The notes beneath the pieces are model-generated. The model searched no databases. It was not told the DNA's origin and was given only the letters and a program-made list of their open reading frames with translations. DNA of 64,000 nucleotides, from the NCBI GenBank assembly GCA_003864455.1, contig BGZN01000002.1, forward strand, positions 3,810-67,809, written 5' to 3'. The stretch is from Candidatus Termititenax aidoneus (GTDB lineage: Bacteria; Margulisbacteria; Termititenacia; Termititenacales; Termititenacaceae). Each line of letters begins with the position of its first letter. Position 1 is the first letter of the stretch. A program made the translations under genes and the position numbers. Below are positions 9,064 through 18,827 of the stretch, one piece after another.

Positions 9064-10953
9064 CTAATCTTTTAGGGGTTTTACAAGCATGATGCGCAGG
9101 GCGTTTAAGATTGCCAGAAAACACACGCCGACATCGCCAAAGACCGCGAACCACATGCCGGCCCGTCCAAGCGCGCTCAATAATAAAATCGCCGCTTTGA
9201 CGCCCAGCGCAAAAATAATATTTTGCCAGACTATGCGCCGCGTCAGCCGCGCGATGCGCAGAGCCGCGGACAGTTTGGACGGCTCGTCGGTCATCAAAAC
9301 AATATCCGCCGCTTCGATCGCCGCGTCCGAACCCACACCGCCCATAGCCACACCTACATCGCTGGCGGCCAGCACCGGCGCGTCGTTGATGCCGTCGCCG
9401 ACGAAAATTGTCTTGCCGCCGCTTTGGGACAACGCTTCCAGACGCTCGACTTTTTCCTGCGGCAATAATTCCGCGTAAACTTTGGGTATGCCAAGCGCGG
9501 CGGCGATTTTCCGCGCGCTGTTTTTATTATCGCCGGTCAGCATGACGATGTCACGGAGGCCGAGTTTATTTAATCCCGCGATAGCCTGCTGGCTGTCCGG
9601 CTTTATTTCATCAGCGATGACCAGAGCGCCGGCAAATTTTTGGTTGACGGCCAAATAAATAACCGTGCCGTCCGGAGGATTGGAAAACACGCTGTCCGGC
9701 AGAGACACTTTTTCCGCCGCGAACATTTTGGCGTTGCCGGCCAGCACAATTTTTCCGTCAAATTTTATTTTAATGCCCTGTCCGGCGATTTCCGCATACT
9801 GCGTCAGACGGGCGCTGTCCGGATTTTTCCCGTAAGCTTTACGGATTGAAACAGCGATCGGGTGGTTGGAGTGCAGTTCAGCGTGCGCGGCGGTTTCCAG
9901 CAGTTTTTCCGCAGTCCAGCCGTCCGCCGGCAGGATTTGTGTGACGGAAAAAACACCCTTGGTCAAAGTGCCGGTTTTGTCGAACACCACAGTCGAAGCG
10001 TCGTTGAGCGCGTCGAGATAATTGCCGCCTTTGATCAAAATGCCGTTTTGCGAGGCTGCGCCGATACCGGCAAAAAACGACAGCGGTATAGAAACGACCA
10101 GCGCGCAGGGGCAGGATACGACCAAAAAAGTCAGCGCGCGGTACAGCCAGTTGGTAAACACCGCTCCGCTGATCAGCAGCGGCGGCAGGACAGCCAGCAG
10201 CACAGCCGCTCCGACCACAGCCGGCGTGTAATAACGCGCAAATTTGGTGATGAAATTTTCTACCGGCGCTTTTTTCTGCTCAGCGTTTTCCACCAAGCGC
10301 AGAATTTTGCTGACCGTGGATTCGCCGAAAACTTTGTCCACGCGTATGGTCAGCAATCCGCTTTGATTAACCGAGCCGGATAAAACTTCGCTGCCGGCGG
10401 AGACATCGCGGGGCAGGGATTCGCCGGTAAGCGCAGTCATGTCCAGCGCGGAATTTCCTTCTATTACAGCGCCGTCCAGCGGAATTTTTTCGCCCGGCCG
10501 CACAATAATAACCGCGCCGACCTTGACGTCCGCCGGATCAACTTTTTCTCCGCCGGGCAGCACGGCAAAATCCGGCCGTATATCCATGAGCGCTGTGATG
10601 GCCTGCCGCGAACGCGCGACCGCCCGTTCCTGAAAACTCTCGCCGATCTGGTAAAAAAGCATGACCGCCGCGGCTTCGGGATATTCGCCGATCGCAAAAG
10701 CCCCAATACTGGCCAGGCTCATCAAGAAATTTTCGTCGAAGATGTGGCCGCGCGGAATATTTTTAACGGCCTGCCAGACGACCTCGCCGCCGATCAAGAT
10801 GTAGCTGGCCAGAAACACCAGCAGCCGCGCGGTCGCGTCCAGTTTGAGGAACAGTCCAGCCAGAAAAAACACCGCGCCGCCGAACAGACAAAAATATTTC
10901 AGTTTGGCGGATTTTTCCGGTTTTTTAGCGCCGCAAGCGCAGGCCTCGCACAT
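9064..10953 (-). CDS. cadA: Heavy-metal (Cd/Zn/Pb) P1B-type ATPase
   Basis: TGES, SCPCALV, DKTGTLT, SNHPIA, MLTGD, GDGINDAP. Confidence 0.93.
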   Translation of the reverse strand: MCEACACGAKKPEKSAKLKYFCLFGGAVFFLAGLFLKLDATARLLVFLASYILIGGEVVWQAVKNIPRGHIFDENFLMSLASIGAFAIGEYPEAAAVMLFYQIGESFQERAVARSRQAITALMDIRPDFAVLPGGEKVDPADVKVGAVIIVRPGEKIPLDGAVIEGNSALDMTALTGESLPRDVSAGSEVLSGSVNQSGLLTIRVDKVFGESTVSKILRLVENAEQKKAPVENFITKFARYYTPAVVGAAVLLAVLPPLLISGAVFTNWLYRALTFLVVSCPCALVVSIPLSFFAGIGAASQNGILIKGGNYLDALNDASTVVFDKTGTLTKGVFSVTQILPADGWTAEKLLETAAHAELHSNHPIAVSIRKAYGKNPDSARLTQYAEIAGQGIKIKFDGKIVLAGNAKMFAAEKVSLPDSVFSNPPDGTVIYLAVNQKFAGALVIADEIKPDSQQAIAGLNKLGLRDIVMLTGDNKNSARKIAAALGIPKVYAELLPQEKVERLEALSQSGGKTIFVGDGINDAPVLAASDVGVAMGGVGSDAAIEAADIVLMTDEPSKLSAALRIARLTRRIVWQNIIFALGVKAAILLLSALGRAGMWFAVFGDVGVCFLAILNALRIMLVKPLKD

Positions 10954-10956
10954 AAA

Positions 10957-11337
10957 TTATCTCCTCTCGTTAACATGCGCCAGTCCCAATTTGAAAATGG
11001 CGCTGACATGCTCATCGTCCAGAGAGTAGTAAACTATTTTGCCGGCTTTGCGGTGCTTGACCAGCTTGGTCTGGCGCAAAGCTCTTAATTGATGCGAAAT
11101 TGCCGATTTGGTCATGCCGAGCAGCGCGGCGATGTCGCAGACGCACAGCTCGGCGTGAAGCAGAGCGCTGATGATCCTGATGCGCGTGGAGTCGCCGAAG
11201 ACTTTGAGCAGGTCGGCCAATTCCAGCAAGGAGTTTTCCGCCGGCATTGATTTGCGTACTTGGTTGACCAGTTTTTTATGAATGACGCAGCAATCGCAAG
11301 CCGCATCGTTATTATGATTGAATAATTGAACACTCAT
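10957..11337 (-). CDS. ArsR/SmtB (CadC-like) metal-sensing repressor
   Basis: LKVFGDSTRIRI, ELCVCDIA, SAISHQLRALR, VYYSLDDEHV; N-terminal CDCC. Confidence 0.93.
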   Translation of the reverse strand: MSVQLFNHNNDAACDCCVIHKKLVNQVRKSMPAENSLLELADLLKVFGDSTRIRIISALLHAELCVCDIAALLGMTKSAISHQLRALRQTKLVKHRKAGKIVYYSLDDEHVSAIFKLGLAHVNERR

Positions 11338-11371
11338 TCAACTATTGTATCGCGGAAAAATAATTTGTCAA
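11326..11371 (-). promoter_or_regulatory. cadCA promoter with ArsR/SmtB-type operator
   Basis: Minus-strand TTGACA (11366-11371), 16 bp, TACAAT (11344-11349); dyad TTGAA-cactca-TTCAA (11326-11341) over the start codon. Confidence 0.6.
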
Positions 11372-11379
11372 GGGAGGTC

Positions 11380-11408
11380 TTGACTTTTTCTATGTGCGCA
11401 CATATTAT
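11380..11408 (+). promoter_or_regulatory. vapBC promoter with palindromic operator
   Basis: TTGACT (11380-11385), 17 bp, TATTAT (11403-11408); perfect palindrome TATGTGCGCACATA (11391-11404). Confidence 0.7.
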
Positions 11409-11433
11409 GTGTGTAAGTGAGAGGTGGTTATTT

Positions 11434-11661
11434 ATGAAAAATATAACTTTAGCAATGGATGAAGAGTTGTTGTTGCGCGGCCGAGAGTACGCCAGAGCGC
11501 ATAAAATGTCTTTTAATGACTGGGTACGTTCCTTGATCGGCCAGTCTGTTAAAAAAGATTCTAAGCAATGGGTAGACGACCTTCTGGTGAAAATGAAAAA
11601 TGCTGGCGGCAACTCTAGAGGCAAAAAGTGGACGCGGGAAGAGATACAGCGTTATGGTTAA
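11434..11661 (+). CDS. RHH-type (VapB-like) antitoxin
   Basis: MKNITLAMDEELLLRGREYA...SFNDWVR...WTREEI; upstream of a PIN gene; GAGG RBS. Confidence 0.85.
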   Translation: MKNITLAMDEELLLRGREYARAHKMSFNDWVRSLIGQSVKKDSKQWVDDLLVKMKNAGGNSRGKKWTREEIQRYG

Positions 11662-12085
11662 GGTTTTTGTCGACACAAATATATTAGTCTATACTATAGA
11701 TAAGCATAATCTAGACAAACAAAATAAGGCGTTATCTATCTTTTCGGAAGCGGCTAAACAAAACTCTTTAGTGATTTCCACACAGGTTTTGCAGGAATTT
11801 TACAATGTTATGACTGGAAAAATGAAGATGGATAAACTAAAAGCCAAGGATGTTTTACAGGATATGCAGGATATTGAAACAGTATTGTTGAATAGGGATA
11901 TTATAGAACGAGCCATTGATTTAAATATTCTAGAGCAAATTTCTTTCTGGGACAGCCTGATCGTCGCGGCGGCGGAATACGCCAATTGCGAGGAAATTTT
12001 GTCCGAGGATTTGCAGGACGGCCGGAGCATACGCGGCATAAAAATCGTGAATCCATTTAAGCGCAAGAGCAGTAATAAATTGTAA
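11654..12085 (+). CDS. PIN-domain (VapC) ribonuclease toxin
   Basis: VFVDTNILVY, STQVLQEF, SFWDSLIVAAA, ILSEDLQ. Confidence 0.93.
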   Translation: MVKVFVDTNILVYTIDKHNLDKQNKALSIFSEAAKQNSLVISTQVLQEFYNVMTGKMKMDKLKAKDVLQDMQDIETVLLNRDIIERAIDLNILEQISFWDSLIVAAAEYANCEEILSEDLQDGRSIRGIKIVNPFKRKSSNKL

Positions 12086-12111
12086 CATAAAAAAGAATCG
12101 GACTTCTTTGG

Positions 12112-14145
12112 TTACAACATTGACAATGCCGCTGTAACATCGGCAGCTTCCTTCGTAGTTCCGGATATGTCGTCTGTTATGCAGAATTTTCCGCTGCGAT
12201 ATCTAGCGGTATTGTTTCCTGTTGTGACTCTGTAATCTGAATCACGACCGTACTCCTTGGGAAGAGAACACTTTTTACCTGCTTTTTCAAGTTCAAGGGA
12301 TAGTGCAAACGTAAATATTTCACGGCAATGACTGCGCGCAGCATACTTTGAAACAAGCAAATAAGTATAAGTACCAGATACCCTACAAATTCGCATACGC
12401 ATATAAGTTGAGCTTAAATAGCCTAGATTTTCTTTAGGATATTTTAATATCCAGTATTTCCAGTTAGTTTCCGGTAATGTCCTAATGGCTTTAGCGACCA
12501 GTATTTGCATCTCTTTTTCAATTTCATCGAAAGAAGTGCTTGAAAGAGTATTAATCAATGCTACTGCACAATTATTACCGCTTGAGAACAATGCTTTCAG
12601 GCTGGTTGCTTCTTGTGCTCTGTCAACACAAAAGGAATAATATTCACCGCTTGGATGCGGCATATAATCCCCGAATGTTAACAGAGCGGTACGCAGCAGG
12701 ACACCGTTATGCGGGGCAGCATCGCCGAAGAGAGCGGATATTTTTGTCCAATTTAAATCAAAGAGTACAACTTGTCGTTCAAGTTCCGTTTCGTCATATA
12801 ACTCAATTTTTTCAAGCGATAAGTCAGCCATATAAAGTGCCGAGCGAAGTTGTCCCAAAAAATATTTATGTTCTTCGGCCTTAATAATTTTGTCCCGATA
12901 TCCTCGCATTATTAATTTTGCTTTTACCCGTTCCTCCTTTATCTGTTCAGGCGAAAAACCGCCGAGATTTTTTACATCGCTTGTTGCTAAATAGTTTGTC
13001 AAATCAAAGCAATGCTCACTCAATTCTTTTACGGCATTTCGTGCGGCAATATATGTATTTACATTGTCAATCGTAGTATTTGCAGTCAAGTTGCTGATGA
13101 CCCTGAACCACTCAAGCAATTGTGCTTCCTCAATATTGCCTTTACTTTTGCCGATGAATAGTGCAAGCGAATTAAATACAAGTCTTTGAGGGTAGCTAAT
13201 TTCCTGATCAAGCGTACACTCTTTCAAATACTCAGTAATTTTATTATTGTGGCTTATTATGTAATCAAGAGTATAATAGGCATCGCATAGAGATGTTGAA
13301 GTTCTATCCTCCTTAAATTTCCAAGAATCTGAACTATCCGGCTGACTAAATACCAATGAAAAATATCTCCTATATGTTTTATCAAAATTATCGTGGCCTA
13401 ATTCCCAAAAGAAATTTGACCAATCAATATCAAGTTTCTCTGCAAAGTCATCAGCAGAAAATGGCAGCTTATTCTCCTTTTCAACAACCGCAAGGAGTTC
13501 AGCCTTATATGTTTCAAAATCGGTTAATGCCCGTCCGCGGGCATTTAATTTAATGTAGAGACTATCCTCCATGCCCATATCAGTCATAGGAATAAAATTA
13601 AAGATAATGGGCTTATTTTCAATTGCTTCAAGTTTTTCGGCAAGATTATGTATATCGCTGAATTTTTCAGAAATTTTGTTAAGACAGGCTAATGCTGACC
13701 TAACAGTAGGGTCAAAATACCACCTTGTATGAAACCAGAGGGCTTCCTGAATAGCTTGGCTTGGGCTGTTGTCATTTAAGACCGCAGCCCGTTTTTCGTA
13801 GTCGCAAAGCTGCTTAAAAAATTCACGAGAACTTCTGCGGGTTTCGTAGCTGAATCTTTTTAGTATAGTGTCTTTGACCGGCATGTTGCGAAAAGCAAAA
13901 AGATGGAGCAAAAACAAGGTAGTAAGACGTTGCTGCCCATCCAACGGAATTAATAAATTATCTTCTACTTTACCATATACAAAGTTCAGTCTAAGTTGCT
14001 CATCTTTAACAATTGCACTTTTTATGTCATCGAGCAGTTCGCTAATGATAGTATCATTCAACCCCTGAACATAGTCGCGCTGAACAATCGGTATTGACAC
14101 CTTGTATTTTGAAAGCAATTCAATTAATGTTTCAGGATATGTCAT
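12112..14145 (-). CDS. DUF262 (GmrS/ParB-like NTPase) protein, putative anti-phage
   Basis: IPIVQRDYVQG, LNFVYG, PLDGQQRLTTLFL, YIKLNARG; no clear HNH motif. Confidence 0.85.
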   Translation of the reverse strand: MTYPETLIELLSKYKVSIPIVQRDYVQGLNDTIISELLDDIKSAIVKDEQLRLNFVYGKVEDNLLIPLDGQQRLTTLFLLHLFAFRNMPVKDTILKRFSYETRRSSREFFKQLCDYEKRAAVLNDNSPSQAIQEALWFHTRWYFDPTVRSALACLNKISEKFSDIHNLAEKLEAIENKPIIFNFIPMTDMGMEDSLYIKLNARGRALTDFETYKAELLAVVEKENKLPFSADDFAEKLDIDWSNFFWELGHDNFDKTYRRYFSLVFSQPDSSDSWKFKEDRTSTSLCDAYYTLDYIISHNNKITEYLKECTLDQEISYPQRLVFNSLALFIGKSKGNIEEAQLLEWFRVISNLTANTTIDNVNTYIAARNAVKELSEHCFDLTNYLATSDVKNLGGFSPEQIKEERVKAKLIMRGYRDKIIKAEEHKYFLGQLRSALYMADLSLEKIELYDETELERQVVLFDLNWTKISALFGDAAPHNGVLLRTALLTFGDYMPHPSGEYYSFCVDRAQEATSLKALFSSGNNCAVALINTLSSTSFDEIEKEMQILVAKAIRTLPETNWKYWILKYPKENLGYLSSTYMRMRICRVSGTYTYLLVSKYAARSHCREIFTFALSLELEKAGKKCSLPKEYGRDSDYRVTTGNNTARYRSGKFCITDDISGTTKEAADVTAALSML

Positions 14146-14155
14146 TCTGCCTCCG

Positions 14156-15922
14156 TTAAGAAAAGAATTCTTGTAAAGTTTTTGCTATCTGTGATTTATA
14201 ATCTTCACGTTCAGATTCTTCCCAACGTGTAAGACGCTTAGCGTCAGGTGAATAATATTTCAAAAACACATTTCTTGTGCAAAGAGGTATAAACCGCCCC
14301 TCAGAATCCTTTGCTATAATTTCACTTCGTTTCTGTCTGAAAGATACATTTTTGTATTCCCGATTTGTTTGGCTATCCAGTAATGCTAAATTTCCTATAT
14401 TATTATCTTCCTGAATAATTTGTGAATAGTTACTGCCTAAATCAGTATAAAAATCTTCGGCATCTTTTTGTGTGGTGTTTGCCTTGCTAAGGAAATCCGA
14501 AATACTATTTGCAGCATCAGCATACTGTTTTTTGCGTTCGTCATCGTCATCAGAAGCTTCAAGCTGCTGCTCAAATTCTTCTTTGAGGGCTTCTAAATAA
14601 TCTATGGCATCTTTGTATGTACCCGGCAATTTGTCTTTAATAGCGTGGATGTGCTCAATGTCCCAGCCATGTTCGGCATATAAATCAAACGGAAATCTAT
14701 CTTGTTTTTCGGATTTACAGACAAGAGTCGCAATATTAAAAAGCAACAACAACTTTCGCAATAGTTCACGTTTATTTGATTCGTAATCAAGGTCGGTTAA
14801 AACTTGTATATCTGAGTATTGCTTCATTTCATCAGCAAGTTTTTTGAGTTTAGTTACAACTTGGCTATTAGGCACATTCTCAACAGCCGGAAGTATTCTA
14901 TCAACTGATACACCGCTATGTGTCAAATATCCGATTATATGATACTTGTCTGGGTCATTATACCAATCACAGAACCGGTCGTAAATGGCTTCGACTTTGC
15001 GCCATATTTCTTCAACAAACTCAGCTTTCTTAGCTTGATTAGATTTTGCATTTATCGTCAAGTACAGCGAAAGGAATGCAAAATGATCATCCTCTTTGTT
15101 CAGAGTAGGAGGAGCATATTTATGGGCAAGAATATTAAATATTATATCAATACGCGTGGTATATCGTGTATCTTTACTGATAAATGACCAAAATTCCGGT
15201 TTTTGTAAATGCTGCTCTATTCCATCCCAAGCAATTGATATTTCATCTTGTCTTTTATTAATAAGCAGGGCATGCGGCTCGTTTTTGAAGTTATCCTTGC
15301 TTAATAACAGAGCCTTAATCAATTCTGCATTCGTAAGTCTAATCTTTCCAACATTCAATTTGCGAAATTCAATCTTAGGGTCAACATCATCGGGTAATTC
15401 ATACCAAATAAAACGGGTGTGAACCATCATTCTGTCATATAAATTCAAAATAGCCCTTGCTTTGTCCGCCTGCTCATTAAGCCACAATTGAATTGTTTCC
15501 CGTGCCTTTGTGATATGATAATAATCAATATTTTGGTCATCTATTTCATCTGACACCGGTAAGTTATCCAAATATTGCTGGCTTCCTTTCCTCGTACTAT
15601 ATTCTAAGCAATAAGGACATTTTGCGGAACGCATTTCCTCCGCCGCAAATTTAATAATGATAAAAATTGTTGTCAGACGCTGTTGTCCGTCTACAACTTC
15701 AAATTTATTCTCGTCTATCTTCCTGACAACAAGAGGTTGAAGGTAATAAAACAGATGGTCTTTTTGACTTCCTATATCAAAATTATAAATGTCGTCAAGT
15801 AAGTCTCTTACCTCTTGGCTTGTCCAACGGTATCCGCGTTGGTAAGCAGGGATAACAAATGTAATACCTGATAGTTCGCTGACGGTTCTGCATAATTTAT
15901 CACTTTCGTTTTGTTGTGCCAT
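14156..15922 (-). CDS. DUF262 + DUF1524 (HNH) GmrSD-like modification-dependent nuclease
   Basis: IPAYQRGYRW, VVDGQQRLTT, LNVGKIRLTNAELIKA; C-terminal WDIEHIHA...IGNLALLD...N. Confidence 0.88.
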   Translation of the reverse strand: MAQQNESDKLCRTVSELSGITFVIPAYQRGYRWTSQEVRDLLDDIYNFDIGSQKDHLFYYLQPLVVRKIDENKFEVVDGQQRLTTIFIIIKFAAEEMRSAKCPYCLEYSTRKGSQQYLDNLPVSDEIDDQNIDYYHITKARETIQLWLNEQADKARAILNLYDRMMVHTRFIWYELPDDVDPKIEFRKLNVGKIRLTNAELIKALLLSKDNFKNEPHALLINKRQDEISIAWDGIEQHLQKPEFWSFISKDTRYTTRIDIIFNILAHKYAPPTLNKEDDHFAFLSLYLTINAKSNQAKKAEFVEEIWRKVEAIYDRFCDWYNDPDKYHIIGYLTHSGVSVDRILPAVENVPNSQVVTKLKKLADEMKQYSDIQVLTDLDYESNKRELLRKLLLLFNIATLVCKSEKQDRFPFDLYAEHGWDIEHIHAIKDKLPGTYKDAIDYLEALKEEFEQQLEASDDDDERKKQYADAANSISDFLSKANTTQKDAEDFYTDLGSNYSQIIQEDNNIGNLALLDSQTNREYKNVSFRQKRSEIIAKDSEGRFIPLCTRNVFLKYYSPDAKRLTRWEESEREDYKSQIAKTLQEFFS

Positions 15923-15972
15923 TTTAATCTCCAGTATTTAATAGTTATCATAGCACAGGATGGTGACTGCCC

Positions 15973-16031
15973 TTGACAAACATTCCAAATCCCTATATCA
16001 TACTAATACGATATGAATAGTATATTAGGAG
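15973..16031 (+). promoter_or_regulatory. Promoter and putative sulfur-regulon operator (copy 1)
   Basis: TTGACA (15973-15978), 17 bp, TATCAT (15996-16001); TACTAATACGATATGAATAGTATATTAGGAG with CTAATA/TATTAG dyad, nearly identical to 58437-58468. Confidence 0.7.
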
Positions 16032-16039
16032 AGGCGCAA

Positions 16040-16228
16040 ATGACGGCGAAAGAAATAGTTAAATCTCATGAAGACAAAGTTCTAAAAAAGATCGCGCAAG
16101 TCTTGTCCGAACTGCATTACGGCACTATTCAAATCACCGTGCACAATTCACGGGTAACGCAAATAGATAAATTGGAGCGCGTCCGGGTGCTGCGCGAGGA
16201 TTATGTGGACGCCGGCGGCGCGATTTGA
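16040..16228 (+). CDS. YezD/DUF2292 (OscA-like) small protein typical of sulfur-starvation operons
   Basis: LHYGTIQITVHNSRVTQIDKLERVR...GGAI; AGGAG RBS before ATG 16040. Confidence 0.85.
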   Translation: MTAKEIVKSHEDKVLKKIAQVLSELHYGTIQITVHNSRVTQIDKLERVRVLREDYVDAGGAI

Positions 16229-16365
16229 ATTTTAAGATTTAGGAGAGGAGGCGCGGACGGCAAAAGTTGTGGTGCGGTATTTGGGTAACAAGGGAATAGC
16301 CCTTTAAAAAAATATACATGGTGAATACTAGACCAGACGCGCTGGACGTTTCCTAAAGAAAGGCA

Positions 16366-17694
16366 ATGAAAATGCGGAAAAGAATTTTAAAATTTGTATT
16401 GCTGGGCGCGCTGCTCGGTCAGGCGCTCTGGGCGGCGAACGGCCTGCTCGAGCCAAGCGTTTTGCAGACTGACGACAGTCCGGCCACGCAGGAGGACGTC
16501 GCCGCGCTGCGCAGCGATATTCAGCAGGTCAGGGACGAGTTTCAGCGCAAATATGATTTGAACACCGCCGCTACCGGACGCTCGCTGCGCATCTCCGGCA
16601 TCGTGCAGACCAAATTGACCGTGCCGGCGCAGGTAACGCTCAACACTTACAATTCATTTCATGTGCCGCTGGCCACGCTGACTTTTCGCGGCAGTTTGAA
16701 AAAAGATTATGACGACTGGCGCAATCTGGATTATGTGGTGAGCGTAGGCGGCGGCAATCCGGGTGCGCCGCAGTTTTTGGACGCTTATCTGAATTACAAT
16801 ATTTTGCCGGCCAATCAATCCGACAGCGCGCGGCTGGCGGTCAGTTTTGGTCAGCAGACCAAACCTTTTGGTCTGGAGGCCAGCGCTTTGGAGGACAAAA
16901 AGCCGGTCATTAATCAGGCGCAATTTGTCGCGCCGCTGGGTTTTGTGTTGCGCGATGTGGGGCTGGTTTTTAAAGGCGACATTTTTCCGGCCAATGATTT
17001 TGGCTACGGCTACCGTGTGCCTTTGCTGGAATACTCCGCCGGTGTGCTCAACGGCAACGGCTTCAATCAGGGTGGCAATAACAAAGATAAATTTGACACG
17101 CTTTACCGGCTGATAATCAATCCCATCGCCTGGGATATCGGCGACGGACAGATCAATTACAATGACTGGCTGCGCGGCTTGTCGATTGGCGCGTCCGTCT
17201 ATGATGGCAGCAGCCGTTTGGGTGTGACCGACAATCAAGTGGTGACCGGCGTCAAAACTAGAACCGGTTTTGATGTGGCTTATGTGCGCAATCCGATTGG
17301 CTTCACTTATGAAGTGGTGAATGGCGAAGACGAAAGAGTTTCCGGTAGCGTAGATGTCACGAATAAAATCAAAAGCGCCGGCAGTACTTTCACACTTTTT
17401 TTGGAATTTGGCGAACAGTTTGTCAATGGCTACCGCAATCAGAGCCGCAATGACGATTGGTGGCCGCTGACCTGGCAGCCGTTTTATCGTATCGACAACT
17501 GGAATCCAAATACCGAGGAAAAGAAAAATAATATTGAAATCCAAACCCTGGGTTTAAATATTTTCTTTGCCGAGACGACGAAATTTCAGATTAACCATAA
17601 TGTGAAAAATTATTATGAGCCTGCTGACGCTGACGGCGACAGGGACGCGGCGAGGTCTGCCGAAACTGTCGTGCAGTTTCAGTTTGGCTTCTAG
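16366..17694 (+). CDS. OprO/OprP-like anion-selective porin
   Basis: Signal peptide, N-terminal coiled coil, GQQTKPFGLE and RDVGL motifs, C-terminal VQFQFGF beta-signal. Confidence 0.75.
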   Translation: MKMRKRILKFVLLGALLGQALWAANGLLEPSVLQTDDSPATQEDVAALRSDIQQVRDEFQRKYDLNTAATGRSLRISGIVQTKLTVPAQVTLNTYNSFHVPLATLTFRGSLKKDYDDWRNLDYVVSVGGGNPGAPQFLDAYLNYNILPANQSDSARLAVSFGQQTKPFGLEASALEDKKPVINQAQFVAPLGFVLRDVGLVFKGDIFPANDFGYGYRVPLLEYSAGVLNGNGFNQGGNNKDKFDTLYRLIINPIAWDIGDGQINYNDWLRGLSIGASVYDGSSRLGVTDNQVVTGVKTRTGFDVAYVRNPIGFTYEVVNGEDERVSGSVDVTNKIKSAGSTFTLFLEFGEQFVNGYRNQSRNDDWWPLTWQPFYRIDNWNPNTEEKKNNIEIQTLGLNIFFAETTKFQINHNVKNYYEPADADGDRDAARSAETVVQFQFGF

Positions 17695-17728
17695 TTTTAA
17701 ATAAAAAAATTAAAGAGGAGAAAAAATC

Positions 17729-18763
17729 ATGTTAAAAAAATTGAAATTGTTAGGCATAGTGTTTTTGGCTTTGATTTCTACTTTTGTTTTCTTGAACGCT
17801 GACGAGGGCAAGCCCAAAGTTATCCGTATCGCCGGCGTGGGCAATCAATACGGCAAACCTTATGCCGGTGGTGTGTGGGGTGTGGTGCAGACCAAGCAAC
17901 TGCTGGAAACAGAATTTGCCAAGGACGGCATCAAAATCGAGTGGAATATTCTGAAAGGCACTGGCCCAGCCATCAATGAGGCTATTGCCAACAAGACTGT
18001 GGACTTTACTTCTTACGGCGACTTGCCGGCTATTGTCGGCATTGCCGGCGGACTGCCCATCAAGATTGTAGCAGGCAGCGGCGGCGGCCAAAATGTTTAT
18101 ATTATCGCTCCGGCGGATTCGACCATCAAATCTTTGGAAGAACTCAAGGGCAAGAGAGTGGGTTTCTTGAAAGGCACGTATTTGCAGCTGACTTTCGGCA
18201 AAGTCATCGCCGCGCGCGGCTGGACGGAAAAAGATTTCAAAGTTTACAATCTCGGTCAGGCGGACGGCATCGCGGCTGTTGCGGCTAAATCTATCGACGC
18301 TTATGTCGCGGCCTCCAACGGCCTGGATCAAGCGACGCTGGGCGTGGCCAAGATTATTTATGACACGCGCCAGGATCCTTACGACTGGCGTGGTTCTGCC
18401 GCCTATGTTGTTACAGAGGATTTTGCCAAAAAATATCCAGATATTACCAAACGTATTTTAAAACAAATCGTCATCGCTTCGCATTGGGCTTCCCAGCCGG
18501 AGAACCGCAAAGAATATTTGCAAATCAGCGCCAAGTCCGGCTCGTCGATTACCAATCTCACCGCCGATCTGGGCAATGATTCGCTGAAAGACCGCAGCAG
18601 TCCTCTGCTCAACGCGGCCTACCGCAAACAAATACAGGAAGGCATAGATTTCTCCAAGGCCAACAACATTATCCGCAAGGCCGCCAACGTGGACGACTGG
18701 ATAGACGACAGTTATCTTAACGCCGCTCTGCAGGAGTTGGGATTGGAGGATTACTGGCAATAA
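17729..18763 (+). CDS. Sulfonate/sulfate-ester ABC substrate-binding protein (SsuA/AtsR/TauA family)
   Basis: Signal peptide; GTGPAINEAIANKTVDFTSYGDLPAI; IKSLEELKGKRVG. Confidence 0.88.
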   Translation: MLKKLKLLGIVFLALISTFVFLNADEGKPKVIRIAGVGNQYGKPYAGGVWGVVQTKQLLETEFAKDGIKIEWNILKGTGPAINEAIANKTVDFTSYGDLPAIVGIAGGLPIKIVAGSGGGQNVYIIAPADSTIKSLEELKGKRVGFLKGTYLQLTFGKVIAARGWTEKDFKVYNLGQADGIAAVAAKSIDAYVAASNGLDQATLGVAKIIYDTRQDPYDWRGSAAYVVTEDFAKKYPDITKRILKQIVIASHWASQPENRKEYLQISAKSGSSITNLTADLGNDSLKDRSSPLLNAAYRKQIQEGIDFSKANNIIRKAANVDDWIDDSYLNAALQELGLEDYWQ

Positions 18764-18827
18764 ATAATTGCCGCTAAATTGAGAGTATAAAAATAAACCT
18801 TAAAAAAGGAAAAGGAGTTAAATGTAA

